64,000 nt of DNA from positions 9,122 through 73,121 of the forward strand of contig CANQQB010000002.1 in the NCBI GenBank assembly GCA_947625845.1, in the 5' to 3' direction. The position numbers and the translations under genes are program-made. Origin of the DNA: an uncultured Oscillospiraceae bacterium. Lineage in GTDB: Bacteria > Bacillota > Clostridia > Oscillospirales > Oscillospiraceae. Below, one piece after another: positions 17,268-26,335 of the stretch (positions are counted from its first letter, which is position 1; each line of letters begins with the position of its first letter). The notes under the pieces were generated by a model that worked only from the letters and a program-made list of their open reading frames with translations, was not told the DNA's origin and searched no databases.

Positions 17268-17412
17268 TTTCTCTCCCCCCGTCTCGCCCTGGCGGGCGAG
17301 CCACCCCCCTCGTCAGAGGGGGGCGGCCCCTGCCGGTGCCGATTCGGGGGCGCAGCCCCCGGCCCCCTCTGACGAGGGGGCTGTCAGCGAAGCTGACTGG
17401 GGGAGAGATATT
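17268..17412. repeat. Extragenic repeat, locus C (single ~145-bp palindromic TGAC-type unit) inside the ABC operon
   Basis: TCTCTCCCCCC...CCCCCCTCGTCAGAGGGGGG...GATTCGGGGGCGCAGCCCCC...CCCCCTCTGACGAGGGGG CTGTCAGCGAAGCTGAC TGGGGGAGAGA. It occupies most of the 196-bp SBP-permease spacer (17219-17414). Confidence 0.85.
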
Positions 17413-17414
17413 GA

Positions 17415-18431
17415 TTACTCAAACTCTTCGGCAGTTTCAATGCCCTTCACGGCGGTGCACATGGGAGCGAACAGCTCCTCCAGCTCCTCGAAGGTCTTGC
17501 CGGTGATCTGCTCGCACACGTCGGTGTTGATGGTGGCGGTGCCGTTATCGAAGGTCATGACCGGCAGCTCCGCCGGGTCCGCGCCGTCCACCAGCACCTG
17601 AGCGATCATGTTGGCGGTCTCCACGCCCAGGTTGGCGTAGTCCACGCCGTAGCCCAAAAACGCGCCGTTCAGGGCAAAGGAGTCCGCGCCGGTGTAGTGG
17701 GGGATGCCGGCCTCGGCCAGAGCCTCATAGATGCTGAGCTCCGCGGTCATGATGGTGTTGTCGGAGGGGGTGAACACCGCGTCCACGCCGTCGGCGATCA
17801 GGCTGTCCACGGCCAGCTGGACCTCGGGGACGGTGGTGCCGTTATACTCTTTGTACTCCACGCCCTTCTCGTCCAGATACTCCTTGGCGGCGGCGATGGG
17901 GGTGGCGGAGGAATCCTGCCCGATGTCATAGAGCAGGCCGATGGTCTTGGCGTCGGGGTTCTCGGCGAAGATCAGGTCCATGACGGCGTTGGTGTCCAGG
18001 TAATCGCTGGTGCCGGTGATGTTGGCGCCGGGGTGGTCGTTGCTCTCCACGATGCCGGCGGCCTCCGGGTCGGACACGGCGGAGAAGATCACGGGGATCT
18101 GGTTATCCTCGGTGTCGGCCTGCATGGCCATGGCCACAGGCGTGGCCACGCCCACCATCAGGTCCACCTCGTCGGCGATGAAGTTCTGGATGATCTGCTC
18201 CATGACGGTGGCGTCGGCGTTGCAGTTGTCCACGGACACGTCGAAGGTGACGCCCTTTTCCTCGCCGATGGCGGCAAGCTGGTTCTGGATGTTCTCCACG
18301 ATCTGGTTCAATGACGCGTCGTCCACGTAGTTGCAGATGCCGACCTTATAGGTTTCCCCGTCGGCAAAGGCCACGGACGCCAGGCTCAGGATCATAACAA
18401 GGGCCAAAACGGTGCAGATAAGCTTTTTCAT
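17415..18431 (-). CDS. ABC transporter substrate-binding lipoprotein-like protein (ABC_sub_bind type), predicted tryptophan-related
   Basis: Signal peptide MKKLICTVLALVMILSLASVAFA. YKVGICNYVDDASLNQI and the overall pattern are typical of PF04392 binding proteins. AAGGAG SD upstream of ATG 18431. A Trp T-box lies upstream. Confidence 0.8.
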   Translation of the reverse strand: MKKLICTVLALVMILSLASVAFADGETYKVGICNYVDDASLNQIVENIQNQLAAIGEEKGVTFDVSVDNCNADATVMEQIIQNFIADEVDLMVGVATPVAMAMQADTEDNQIPVIFSAVSDPEAAGIVESNDHPGANITGTSDYLDTNAVMDLIFAENPDAKTIGLLYDIGQDSSATPIAAAKEYLDEKGVEYKEYNGTTVPEVQLAVDSLIADGVDAVFTPSDNTIMTAELSIYEALAEAGIPHYTGADSFALNGAFLGYGVDYANLGVETANMIAQVLVDGADPAELPVMTFDNGTATINTDVCEQITGKTFEELEELFAPMCTAVKGIETAEEFE

Positions 18432-18561
18432 TTTAAAATTCTCCTTTTCATGCTTTCTCATATTATTTTTGGTTTGTGTTTTTGGTGTTTCGGTGTGTTG
18501 TCCTTCACGCCCGCCATCGCTTGGACAGTATAAACATTTCGTGTACCTCCTGTTTTGCAAA

Positions 18562-18852
18562 TAAAAAATCCTGCCCCTAGCATTTCTGCTGGGACAGGAT
18601 GTTTCAAACTTCCTGCGGTGCCACCCGGCTTGACGCTCTCGCGTCCGCTTTGCTCCGCGCTGTCACGCGGCGGCGTTGTTCACGGAGCGCCTCTCTCCGT
18701 CTCACATAGGGCGGAAACACATCCGCCTTCCGATCGCCCTCCGAAGTCCATTCGCACATTCCGGCCTGTACCGCGCTCTCAGCCTCCGCGGCTCTCTGTG
18801 CCACGCCTGGAAAGGTTACTTGCTCTTCTTCAACGGTTTGGTGTATTAAATT
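18562..18852 (-). promoter_or_regulatory. T-box riboswitch leader, specifier UGG (Trp)
   Basis: Read on the minus strand. Stem I elements are AGTA, AGAGAG and the distal-loop GGCTGAGAG. The specifier loop is GAA-TGG-A (TGG = complement of 18748-18750). The T-box sequence is AGCCGGGTGGCACCGCAGG (18611-18630). The terminator is ATCCTGTCCC...GGGGCAGGAT (18568-18600) followed by TTTTTTAT. Confidence 0.8.
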
Positions 18853-18858
18853 GTCTGC

Positions 18859-18887
18859 ATTATAAACCGGGCTTTTTCGTTTGTCAA
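18859..18887 (-). promoter_or_regulatory. Sigma-A consensus promoter of the T-box/ABC operon
   Basis: Minus strand: TTGACA (18887-18882), 17-nt spacer, TATAAT (18864-18859). Confidence 0.7.
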
Positions 18888-18919
18888 TAGCTTTTTTGCG
18901 ATTTTTTGCTGTCAGTTTT

Positions 18920-19834
<915 letters not shown>

Positions 19835-20003
19835 GCTTGACGCACCTCCGTTAGTTCTTTAAAATAGAGAAAAATGATAGGGAGCGAAGCCCGGTCAGGG
19901 CGAGCCGCGCGGCATTCCCGCGCGTGAAGTCGAAATCCGCTGTGCGACAGGATTTCGACTTCCTGCGAGGGGGAATTCACTTTCCCCTCGCAGTTTAAAT
20001 CGA

Positions 20004-20285
20004 TCAACGCGACATCGCGTTGATTAGCAGTAGAAAAAATCCTATCTGGCAGATGAGGATCACCGGCACCCCCACGGTAAAGCGGCGCTTGCGGGTCTTG
20101 TGGCGGAACAGCAGCATCCCCGCCAGCGCGCCCACGCCGCCGCCTACGGCCGCCAGCGCCATCAGCGCCGCCTCCGGGATACGCTCCCGGTGGACACGGG
20201 CCAGGTGCTTGTCATAGCCAAAGGCCGCCAGGGCCAGCAGATTCACGGTCTCCAGATAGATCAGCAGAACGGTAAAGATGTCCAT
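20004..20285 (-). CDS. DUF1294-family small membrane protein
   Basis: NLLALAAFGYDKHLARVHRERIPEAALMALAAVGGGVGALAGMLLFRHKTRKRRF matches the DUF1294 pattern (YDK..A......RIPE..L......GG..GA......RHKT.K..F). Confidence 0.75.
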   Translation of the reverse strand: MDIFTVLLIYLETVNLLALAAFGYDKHLARVHRERIPEAALMALAAVGGGVGALAGMLLFRHKTRKRRFTVGVPVILICQIGFFLLLINAMSR

Positions 20286-20324
20286 AGGCCGCAGTATACA
20301 CTTTTTTATCCGGGAGGTCAACCG

Positions 20325-21467
20325 ATGCGCACAAGGAAGCTCTATTACGAGGACGCATACACCCGCGTGTTCGAGTCCAGGGTACTGGCATGCGAAAAGG
20401 CGAAAAACGGCTGGTCCGTGGAACTGGCCGCCACGGCCTTCTTCCCCGAGGAAGGGGGCCAGGAGGCGGACAGGGGGGCATTAGGCGGCGTGCGGGTGCT
20501 GGATGCCCACGAAAAGGACGGCGTGGTCCTGCACCTGACCGACGGGCCGCTGCCCGTGGGAAAGACCGTGACCGGGGAGCTGGACTGGCCGGACAGGTTC
20601 CGGAAGATGCAGACCCACACGGCCGAGCACATCGTCTCCGGCATCATCCACCGCAAATACGGCTTTGACAACGTGGGCTTTCACCTGGGCTCCGACGGCT
20701 GCACCGTGGACGTGAGCGGGGAGCTGACCCGTGAGCAGTTGGACGAGATCGAGCGCGAGGCCAACGAAGCGGTGTGGCGGGACCTTCCCGTGACGGCCCG
20801 GTTCCCTCTGGCCTGCGAGCTGGCCCGGATGGAGTATCGGAGCAAGCTGGAACTGACCCACGACGTGCGGATCGTGACGGTGGAGGGCGTGGATATGTGC
20901 GCCTGCTGCGCGCCTCACGTGTCATCCACCGGCCAGATCGGAGCTGTCAAGCTGCTGGACTTCATGCGCCACCGAGGCGGTCTGCGCCTGTGGATGAAGG
21001 CCGGACCGGACGCGCTGGCCGACTACCGGTCCCGGTACGCCGACACTGTTAAAATTTCCGGGCTTTTGAACACGCCTCAGTCGGACGTGGCCGCCGGGGT
21101 GGAGAAGCTGCTGGCCCAGCGGGACGAGCTGAAGCGGGAGATCGCCGCTCTGCGCCGGCGGGAGGCGGAGCGCATGGCGGCGGCGTTGGAGAGCACGCCG
21201 GGGGACATATTGCTGTTCGTCCAGTCGGACGAGGACGGCATGCGGGCCCTGGTCAACGCCGGGATGGAGAAGGCCGGGGGCGTGTGCGCGGTGTTCTCCG
21301 GCAAGGAGCGGGACTGGCGGTTCGTCATGGGCAGCAAGCAGACGGACATGCGGGCATTTCTGCGGGAGCACGGCCAGGAGCTGGGAGCCAAAGGCGGCGG
21401 CCAGACGGGGATGGTCTCCGGCCGGTGCCAGGCCACCAGAGCCGAGCTTGAGGCATTTTTCGGATAA
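20325..21467 (+). CDS. alaX: Alanyl-tRNA editing protein (AlaX-L type; tRNA synthetase SAD plus DHHA1-like domain)
   Basis: MRTRKLYYEDAYTRVFESRV...; Zn motif HTAEHIVSG ... CCAPH. GGGAGG SD upstream of ATG 20325. The track start at 20100 lies antisense to the DUF1294 gene. Confidence 0.8.
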   Translation: MRTRKLYYEDAYTRVFESRVLACEKAKNGWSVELAATAFFPEEGGQEADRGALGGVRVLDAHEKDGVVLHLTDGPLPVGKTVTGELDWPDRFRKMQTHTAEHIVSGIIHRKYGFDNVGFHLGSDGCTVDVSGELTREQLDEIEREANEAVWRDLPVTARFPLACELARMEYRSKLELTHDVRIVTVEGVDMCACCAPHVSSTGQIGAVKLLDFMRHRGGLRLWMKAGPDALADYRSRYADTVKISGLLNTPQSDVAAGVEKLLAQRDELKREIAALRRREAERMAAALESTPGDILLFVQSDEDGMRALVNAGMEKAGGVCAVFSGKERDWRFVMGSKQTDMRAFLREHGQELGAKGGGQTGMVSGRCQATRAELEAFFG

Positions 21468-21496
21468 TTCATTGATTCGCGGAAGGAGAGAGGATC

Positions 21497-22090
21497 ATGC
21501 GCGAGGTACTTTTGGTGGATTGCTGCGTCCGGGGGGAGCAGTCCCGGACGGCCCGGCTGACCAGGGCGTTCCTGTCGGCCCTGGACGGGAGCCGGTTTCA
21601 CGTGACCACGGTGGACCCCGGCAAGGAGGGATTGAAGCCTCTGACGGCGGACACGCTGGGCGTCCGGGACGATTTATTGGCCCGCGGCGCGCTGGACGAC
21701 GAGAGCCTGCGCTTTGCCCGGCAGTTCGCCGCGGCGGACGAGGTGGTGGTGGCCGCGCCGTTCTGGGAGCTGAGCTTTCCCGCCATTTTGAAGGTGTACA
21801 TCGAAAATGTCAGCGTATCCGGTATCAGCTTTGAGATGCTGGACGACGGCATACACGGCCTGTGCCGGGGCAGACGCCTGGTCTTCCTCACCACCCGCGG
21901 CGGCGTCTATGAGAACACGGCCTGGGCTGATTGGGAGCAGGGCAGCCGGACCATGGAGGCGCTGAGCCGGTTTTTCGGCTTTGACGAGTATATCTGCGTG
22001 GCGGCGGAGGGGCTGGACATGACCAGCGACCCGGAGCCGCTGGTGGCGGCGGCGGAGGAACAGGCGCGGACTGTGGCGGCGGCATTATGA
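21497..22090 (+). CDS. Flavodoxin-like-fold NAD(P)H-dependent oxidoreductase (FMN-dependent azoreductase-like)
   Basis: Length 197 aa. APFWELSFPAILKVYIENVSVSGISF resembles the AzoR/ACP-phosphodiesterase family core (P.YN...P..LK..ID). Confidence 0.65.
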   Translation: MREVLLVDCCVRGEQSRTARLTRAFLSALDGSRFHVTTVDPGKEGLKPLTADTLGVRDDLLARGALDDESLRFARQFAAADEVVVAAPFWELSFPAILKVYIENVSVSGISFEMLDDGIHGLCRGRRLVFLTTRGGVYENTAWADWEQGSRTMEALSRFFGFDEYICVAAEGLDMTSDPEPLVAAAEEQARTVAAAL

Positions 22091-22153
22091 GCGCTTGCAA
22101 AAACGGGGACACAGTGATAAGATATGCTTATCAAAGCATAGGAGGCACTTATC

Positions 22154-22591
22154 ATGGGTAATCTTCGCAAGATCAAACGGAAAATGCGCCTGGACCGGGA
22201 CCTGCGCAAGACGCTGGTCCGCAGCACCAAGGATGAAATTCTCATCGACGTGGACGGGGACGGCATGCCCGACGTGGCGCTGCTGGACGTGTCCGGCGAC
22301 GGCGACGTGGACACCCTGGCGGTGGACCTGAACGGCAACGGCGAGTTCGACCTGTTCTTCCACGACTCGGACGCCAACGGCGTGCCCGACATGGTATGGC
22401 TCAACGACGAGGACGAAGGCGTGGAGCTGGTGGGCGTTGGCCCGGAGATCGAGCAGGCCATGATCGCGGCGGCTCAGGCCGTTCTGGAGCAGATGGCCCT
22501 GGAGGAATACGTGGCCCAGGAGCTGGACAAGGAGCTGGACGAGCTGCAACAGGAGATCGACCAGGCCCGCAAGGCCCTGCGCGGCAAGTAA
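22154..22591 (+). CDS. Hypothetical acidic protein with four tandem DxDxDG-type (calcium-loop-like) motifs and a coiled-coil tail
   Basis: DVDGDGMPD, DVSGDGDVD, DLNGNGEFD and DSDANGVPD occur within 60 aa. The C-terminal QELDKELDELQQEIDQARKAL is heptad-like. The N-terminus is basic (MGNLRKIKRKMR). Confidence 0.6.
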   Translation: MGNLRKIKRKMRLDRDLRKTLVRSTKDEILIDVDGDGMPDVALLDVSGDGDVDTLAVDLNGNGEFDLFFHDSDANGVPDMVWLNDEDEGVELVGVGPEIEQAMIAAAQAVLEQMALEEYVAQELDKELDELQQEIDQARKALRGK

Positions 22592-22615
22592 GATACCAAC
22601 ATAAAACGTAAAAAA

Positions 22616-22664
22616 GACCGTTGACTTTTCACCGGCGAGCCGGTGTGTCAACGGTCAATTTTGG
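22616..22664. terminator. Bidirectional terminator between convergent genes
   Basis: GACCGTTGAC (22616-22625) pairs with GTCAACGGTC (22647-22656), with a nested CACCGGC/GCCGGTG stem. It is flanked by an A-run and a T-run. Confidence 0.6.
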
Positions 22665-22683
22665 TATTGGGTTTTATTGGGAC

Positions 22684-23202
22684 TTAGCTTTTCGTCGACT
22701 GAAATTCATCTTGAAGTGATCCGTACAAATACAGGTCTACCCAATTCCCCTCATTGTTTTGCGTCTGGCTTCTCTGTACTCCCTCGCGCTTCATGCCCAG
22801 CTTTTCCATCAATCCAACTGACTTCACACCGTCAATGGTCTCCGCGACTATTTTATGCAATTTCATGTCAGAAAAGCCGTATCGCAGCACTGCGGAGCAG
22901 GACTCATACGCATAACCCTGACGCCAATATTTTTTATTAAATATCCAGCCGATCTCATAGACATCATCACCCCACGGCTTAAACAGGATATAACCAATTA
23001 CTTTGTGGGTCTGTTTCAGCTCCGCCGCCAGCGCGCCGCGTTTTCCGATGCAAAATTCGTGCAGAAATCGCCCCGTCTTTTCAAGCGTATAGGCGGGCTC
23101 ACAATTTTGCATCGTTTCGCTGTCGCCGAGGATTTCCTGTAGATCGTCTATATCGTTCGGCGTAAAATCCCTGACATACATTCTTGATGTTTCTATCTGC
23201 AT
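22684..23202 (-). CDS. GNAT-family N-acetyltransferase (RimJ/RimL-like), in an AT-richer islet
   Basis: MQIETSRMYVRDFTPNDIDDLQEILGD...IGYILFKP...EIGWIFNKKYWRQGYAYESCSAVLRYGF...LHKIVAETIDGVKSVGLMEKLGMKREG. GAGGTG SD upstream of ATG 23202. Confidence 0.8.
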   Translation of the reverse strand: MQIETSRMYVRDFTPNDIDDLQEILGDSETMQNCEPAYTLEKTGRFLHEFCIGKRGALAAELKQTHKVIGYILFKPWGDDVYEIGWIFNKKYWRQGYAYESCSAVLRYGFSDMKLHKIVAETIDGVKSVGLMEKLGMKREGVQRSQTQNNEGNWVDLYLYGSLQDEFQSTKS

Positions 23203-23501
23203 ATTAGTCACCTCACTAAATTTGAAATTCCATTTCAAACTTGTTGAACAGGTAAAGACGCGAAGCGGGTTTATCTGTTCGGCAAGTACACTGGGGATAG
23301 CCGCTTTAGCGGCGCAAGGGGGTGTAGCCCCCTTGACGGAGCGGAGCGACGAAACCTCTCGGACGGCGGCTTTCTGCTGTCAGAGAGGAAGCCTCGCAGA
23401 GCGCACGATACATGGTCGCCAGACCTATGTATGGAAGTGTGCCCTTTCGCTCCGAAAGGATTTTGCAACTTCTCGACAAGAAAGAATATCTAAGATGGGT
23501 T

Positions 23502-24098
23502 TTATTCTACCATGCTTTTCAAAATGCTTGTTATATCTTTTACTGCTTTAGCTGGTTTATCGCTCATAATCTCCCAAACAGGTGCTGAACTTTGCTGCCC
23601 GGAAAAATATCCTCGGGCACAAGACAAGACTGTCTCCACATCCTGCTTTTCAAACATGGCATCAATAGCTTCGTCAAAAAAGAGCATATCACATTTTTGA
23701 GGACACTCATCATCTAATTCGATCTCATATAAATGGATTTTTGCTCTTTCTTCTTCAGGCTCCTGCTTCCACCCTGCCTCATAGAGAGTTTTATAATTTT
23801 CAAGGTTGTCGAAAAAATATTTACATTTCAATCGACTGAGACAGTGCGGAAACTCTGTTTTGCGAACAAATTCAAAAACACCTTCAACGCTATATGTTTC
23901 ATACTTTGCCCGGTCTAAACACACCAATTCGTTGGGCACTGTCTGTTGAGCTTGACCGTTGGCAAGCATATCACAAAAGGTGTCAATTCCCTTTTCAAGC
24001 GCATACACGAATGGAAGAGTGAGTTCATATTTCTTCTCAAAATCGTTTTTCATCTCTTCTCCTAATACGAGCGTTTGGCTCATATGATATAAAATCAT
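23502..24098 (-). CDS. Hypothetical cytoplasmic protein (198 aa), in an AT-richer islet
   Basis: AGGAGGTGG SD upstream of ATG 24098. Coding-like composition. I recognise no motif. Confidence 0.55.
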   Translation of the reverse strand: MILYHMSQTLVLGEEMKNDFEKKYELTLPFVYALEKGIDTFCDMLANGQAQQTVPNELVCLDRAKYETYSVEGVFEFVRKTEFPHCLSRLKCKYFFDNLENYKTLYEAGWKQEPEEERAKIHLYEIELDDECPQKCDMLFFDEAIDAMFEKQDVETVLSCARGYFSGQQSSAPVWEIMSDKPAKAVKDITSILKSMVE

Positions 24099-24173
24099 TC
24101 TAACCACCTCCTGTAAATCTTTGCTCCAAAAAACGAAGCGGTAAAAACGAACTCTACCGTTTTACTAGCCCCC

Positions 24174-26039
24174 TCACCAGTCGATGGTGCAGGCGGTGGC
24201 GATCTCGTCCATGGTGTTGGTGCAGCCGATGGAGCCGTCGGGCCGGCGCTTGCAGACCAGGGACGGCTCGGAAAGCTCCGGGATATCGTCCACGGCGCCG
24301 TCGGCGAAGGCGCGCATCTTCTCCCGCGCGGTGTCCAGCCGGGCTGCCACGCCTCCCAGCCGCACGTCGATGACCTCGAAGCCGTTGGGCTTGTTGGTGC
24401 TCTCCCACAGCCGCCGCCAGAGCTGCCGCAATATCTGCACCGCCTCGATGGCGGCGGGGACGCTCCCGGCCAGCTCCGCCGCCAGCTCCCTGTCCCCGGT
24501 CCGGACGGCTTTCCCGGCGCTTTCGTGCCAGGCGCACTTGAGGGCCAGAGCATGGGCCAGCGCGGCGTAGTGCTCGAACAGCAGCTCGTAGGCCGGGTTT
24601 TCCGCCGCGTACCTGGCATACAGCGGCACCAGCGCGGCGAAGTGCTCCGCCAGGTGATACCCCTGCGTATCCGCCTCGAAAAGCTGCACCAGCGGGTCCT
24701 GGTACAGCATGAACTTGCACACGTTCGCCGGGTCGGCGGGCAGGTTCTTTATCGCCGGGGTGTAATTCAACCGGCTCAGGTCCAAAAACGCCTGCGCGGA
24801 CCCACCGCAGCACCGGCGGAACCGGGCCGCCAGCGCCGCCTCGTCGTACTCGCCGGTGTAGGTCATCTCGCCATATAGCTGCAAGCCCAGCAAGGCGGCG
24901 AGCATATTGCACTCCGCGCCGTTGTCCCCCCAGGCGGTGGCCAGCACCGTGTCCACGTCCGCCTTCATGCAGGCGGTCAGACCCGCCACGGTGTTCTCGA
25001 TGGCCAGGGGATAGACCGGCGCCGGACCGGGCCAGGTCCAAAGGCCGCCGGCGAAAACGGTAGGCACGCCGAACACGGCGTGCTTTTTCAGTGCCCAGGC
25101 GTACTGTTCTTCTTTCGCGTGGTAGTAGTCCCAGTAGACCAGGCTCACCCGCTTATCCACCGCGGCGATGGCCTTTTCCGACGGCATGTTCTCGCTGTGG
25201 TACCCGCCGCCGTCCAGGTGGAAGTACATGTCGCTCCACATCATGGGCTGCAAGCCGTACTTGTCCGCGATGTCCAGCACCTTTGTCAAATGCCGGCCGA
25301 TGACGGCACGCGGGTCCTCGTATCCGAACCGGGCCAGGTGCTCCCCCAGCCCCACGCCGTAGGCCTCGTCCATGCCGATGTGGATACGCCGGGAGCGAAA
25401 CGGCGCGCTGGCAGCCCGGAGCATCTGGTCAATGAGCGCGTACGTGCCCTCATCGTCCGCCAGCAGCACCTCGGCGTTGTCCCGCAGGTGGTGGAACGCC
25501 GGCCAGTGCAGCACCCGCTTCAGGTGCCCCAGCACCTGGATGCAGGGGCACAGCTCGATGCCGAACAGCGCCGCGTAGTCGTCCAGCGCCTTCAGTTCCT
25601 CGTAGGTATACCGGCCACGCTTGTAGCCGAAAAATGGCTGCTCCGGTATCTCATAGGTGTCCTCGGTGTACAGCATGCCCAGGTTCAGGCCCATTAAGGC
25701 CATCTTCCGCAAAAACAGCTTTACCGCCTCCGGCTTTAGAACCGCGTTGCGGGAGCAGTCGAACATGGGCCCCACGCTGGCGAACCGGGGTTTCTCCCTT
25801 TTGTGGCATGGGGTCACCGGGGTGGGGATGAGACTTAGGGCACGGTAAAACTGGATGGGTTCGGCCCAGGTGAGGCGCACGGTTTTCCCGTCGCTCTCCA
25901 CGGCGATGCCCTCGCCCCGCTGGCACACGATGTCCAGGCCGTCCTCCGCCGGGACAAAGCCCAGCTCTTCCTTGAGCTCCGCCAATGCGAGCTCCCAGTT
26001 TTCCGGCATTTGACCGGTCAAATGTATCTTCTGAGGCAT
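24174..26039 (-). CDS. GH20-family beta-N-acetylhexosaminidase-like glycoside hydrolase (intracellular)
   Basis: FDCSRNAV...LGLNLGMLYTEDTYEI...YTYEELKALDDYAALFGIELCPCIQVLGHL...RIHIGMDEAYGVGLG. This is a TIM-barrel hexosaminidase pattern with an H.G.DE-like catalytic block. No signal peptide. It is adjacent to the sugar ABC system and GH38. Confidence 0.65.
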   Translation of the reverse strand: MPQKIHLTGQMPENWELALAELKEELGFVPAEDGLDIVCQRGEGIAVESDGKTVRLTWAEPIQFYRALSLIPTPVTPCHKREKPRFASVGPMFDCSRNAVLKPEAVKLFLRKMALMGLNLGMLYTEDTYEIPEQPFFGYKRGRYTYEELKALDDYAALFGIELCPCIQVLGHLKRVLHWPAFHHLRDNAEVLLADDEGTYALIDQMLRAASAPFRSRRIHIGMDEAYGVGLGEHLARFGYEDPRAVIGRHLTKVLDIADKYGLQPMMWSDMYFHLDGGGYHSENMPSEKAIAAVDKRVSLVYWDYYHAKEEQYAWALKKHAVFGVPTVFAGGLWTWPGPAPVYPLAIENTVAGLTACMKADVDTVLATAWGDNGAECNMLAALLGLQLYGEMTYTGEYDEAALAARFRRCCGGSAQAFLDLSRLNYTPAIKNLPADPANVCKFMLYQDPLVQLFEADTQGYHLAEHFAALVPLYARYAAENPAYELLFEHYAALAHALALKCAWHESAGKAVRTGDRELAAELAGSVPAAIEAVQILRQLWRRLWESTNKPNGFEVIDVRLGGVAARLDTAREKMRAFADGAVDDIPELSEPSLVCKRRPDGSIGCTNTMDEIATACTIDW

Positions 26040-26335
26040 ATTCGCACGCTCCTTTGCTGTATTTCACGCCCATCATAACAGGCCAACGGCCCGGAGGGGA
26101 ACAGAAAAATGTCTTTTCTGGAAAAAATCGGCAGTTCACACATGCGGAACTGACGGATTTTGTGCAACTTAACAGCTGTCGGCGGAGCACAGCCGGATTT
26201 TTTGCATATTTTCCTGAAAAAGTATCTTTTGCGTACTAATAAATGACTTTTAGATACTATATATCAAATGGCACAAAGTGTATAATCAATATGGGAATTG
26301 TTTTTGTGCGTTTTGTCGACAAGGGGGGTGTCCGG

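Noticed and set aside
23290-23450. A group II intron fragment or tRNA-like gene in the islet spacer
   Set aside because: There is no domain V-like GAGCCGUAU...GAAA...ACGUACGGUUC motif, no cloverleaf, and no intron-encoded protein nearby.
26200-26270. Operator palindrome AGTATCTTTT...CTTTTAGATACT in the GH20 / ABC divergent region
   Set aside because: The arms are short, imperfect and widely spaced, and there is no cognate regulator nearby. That is insufficient to call.
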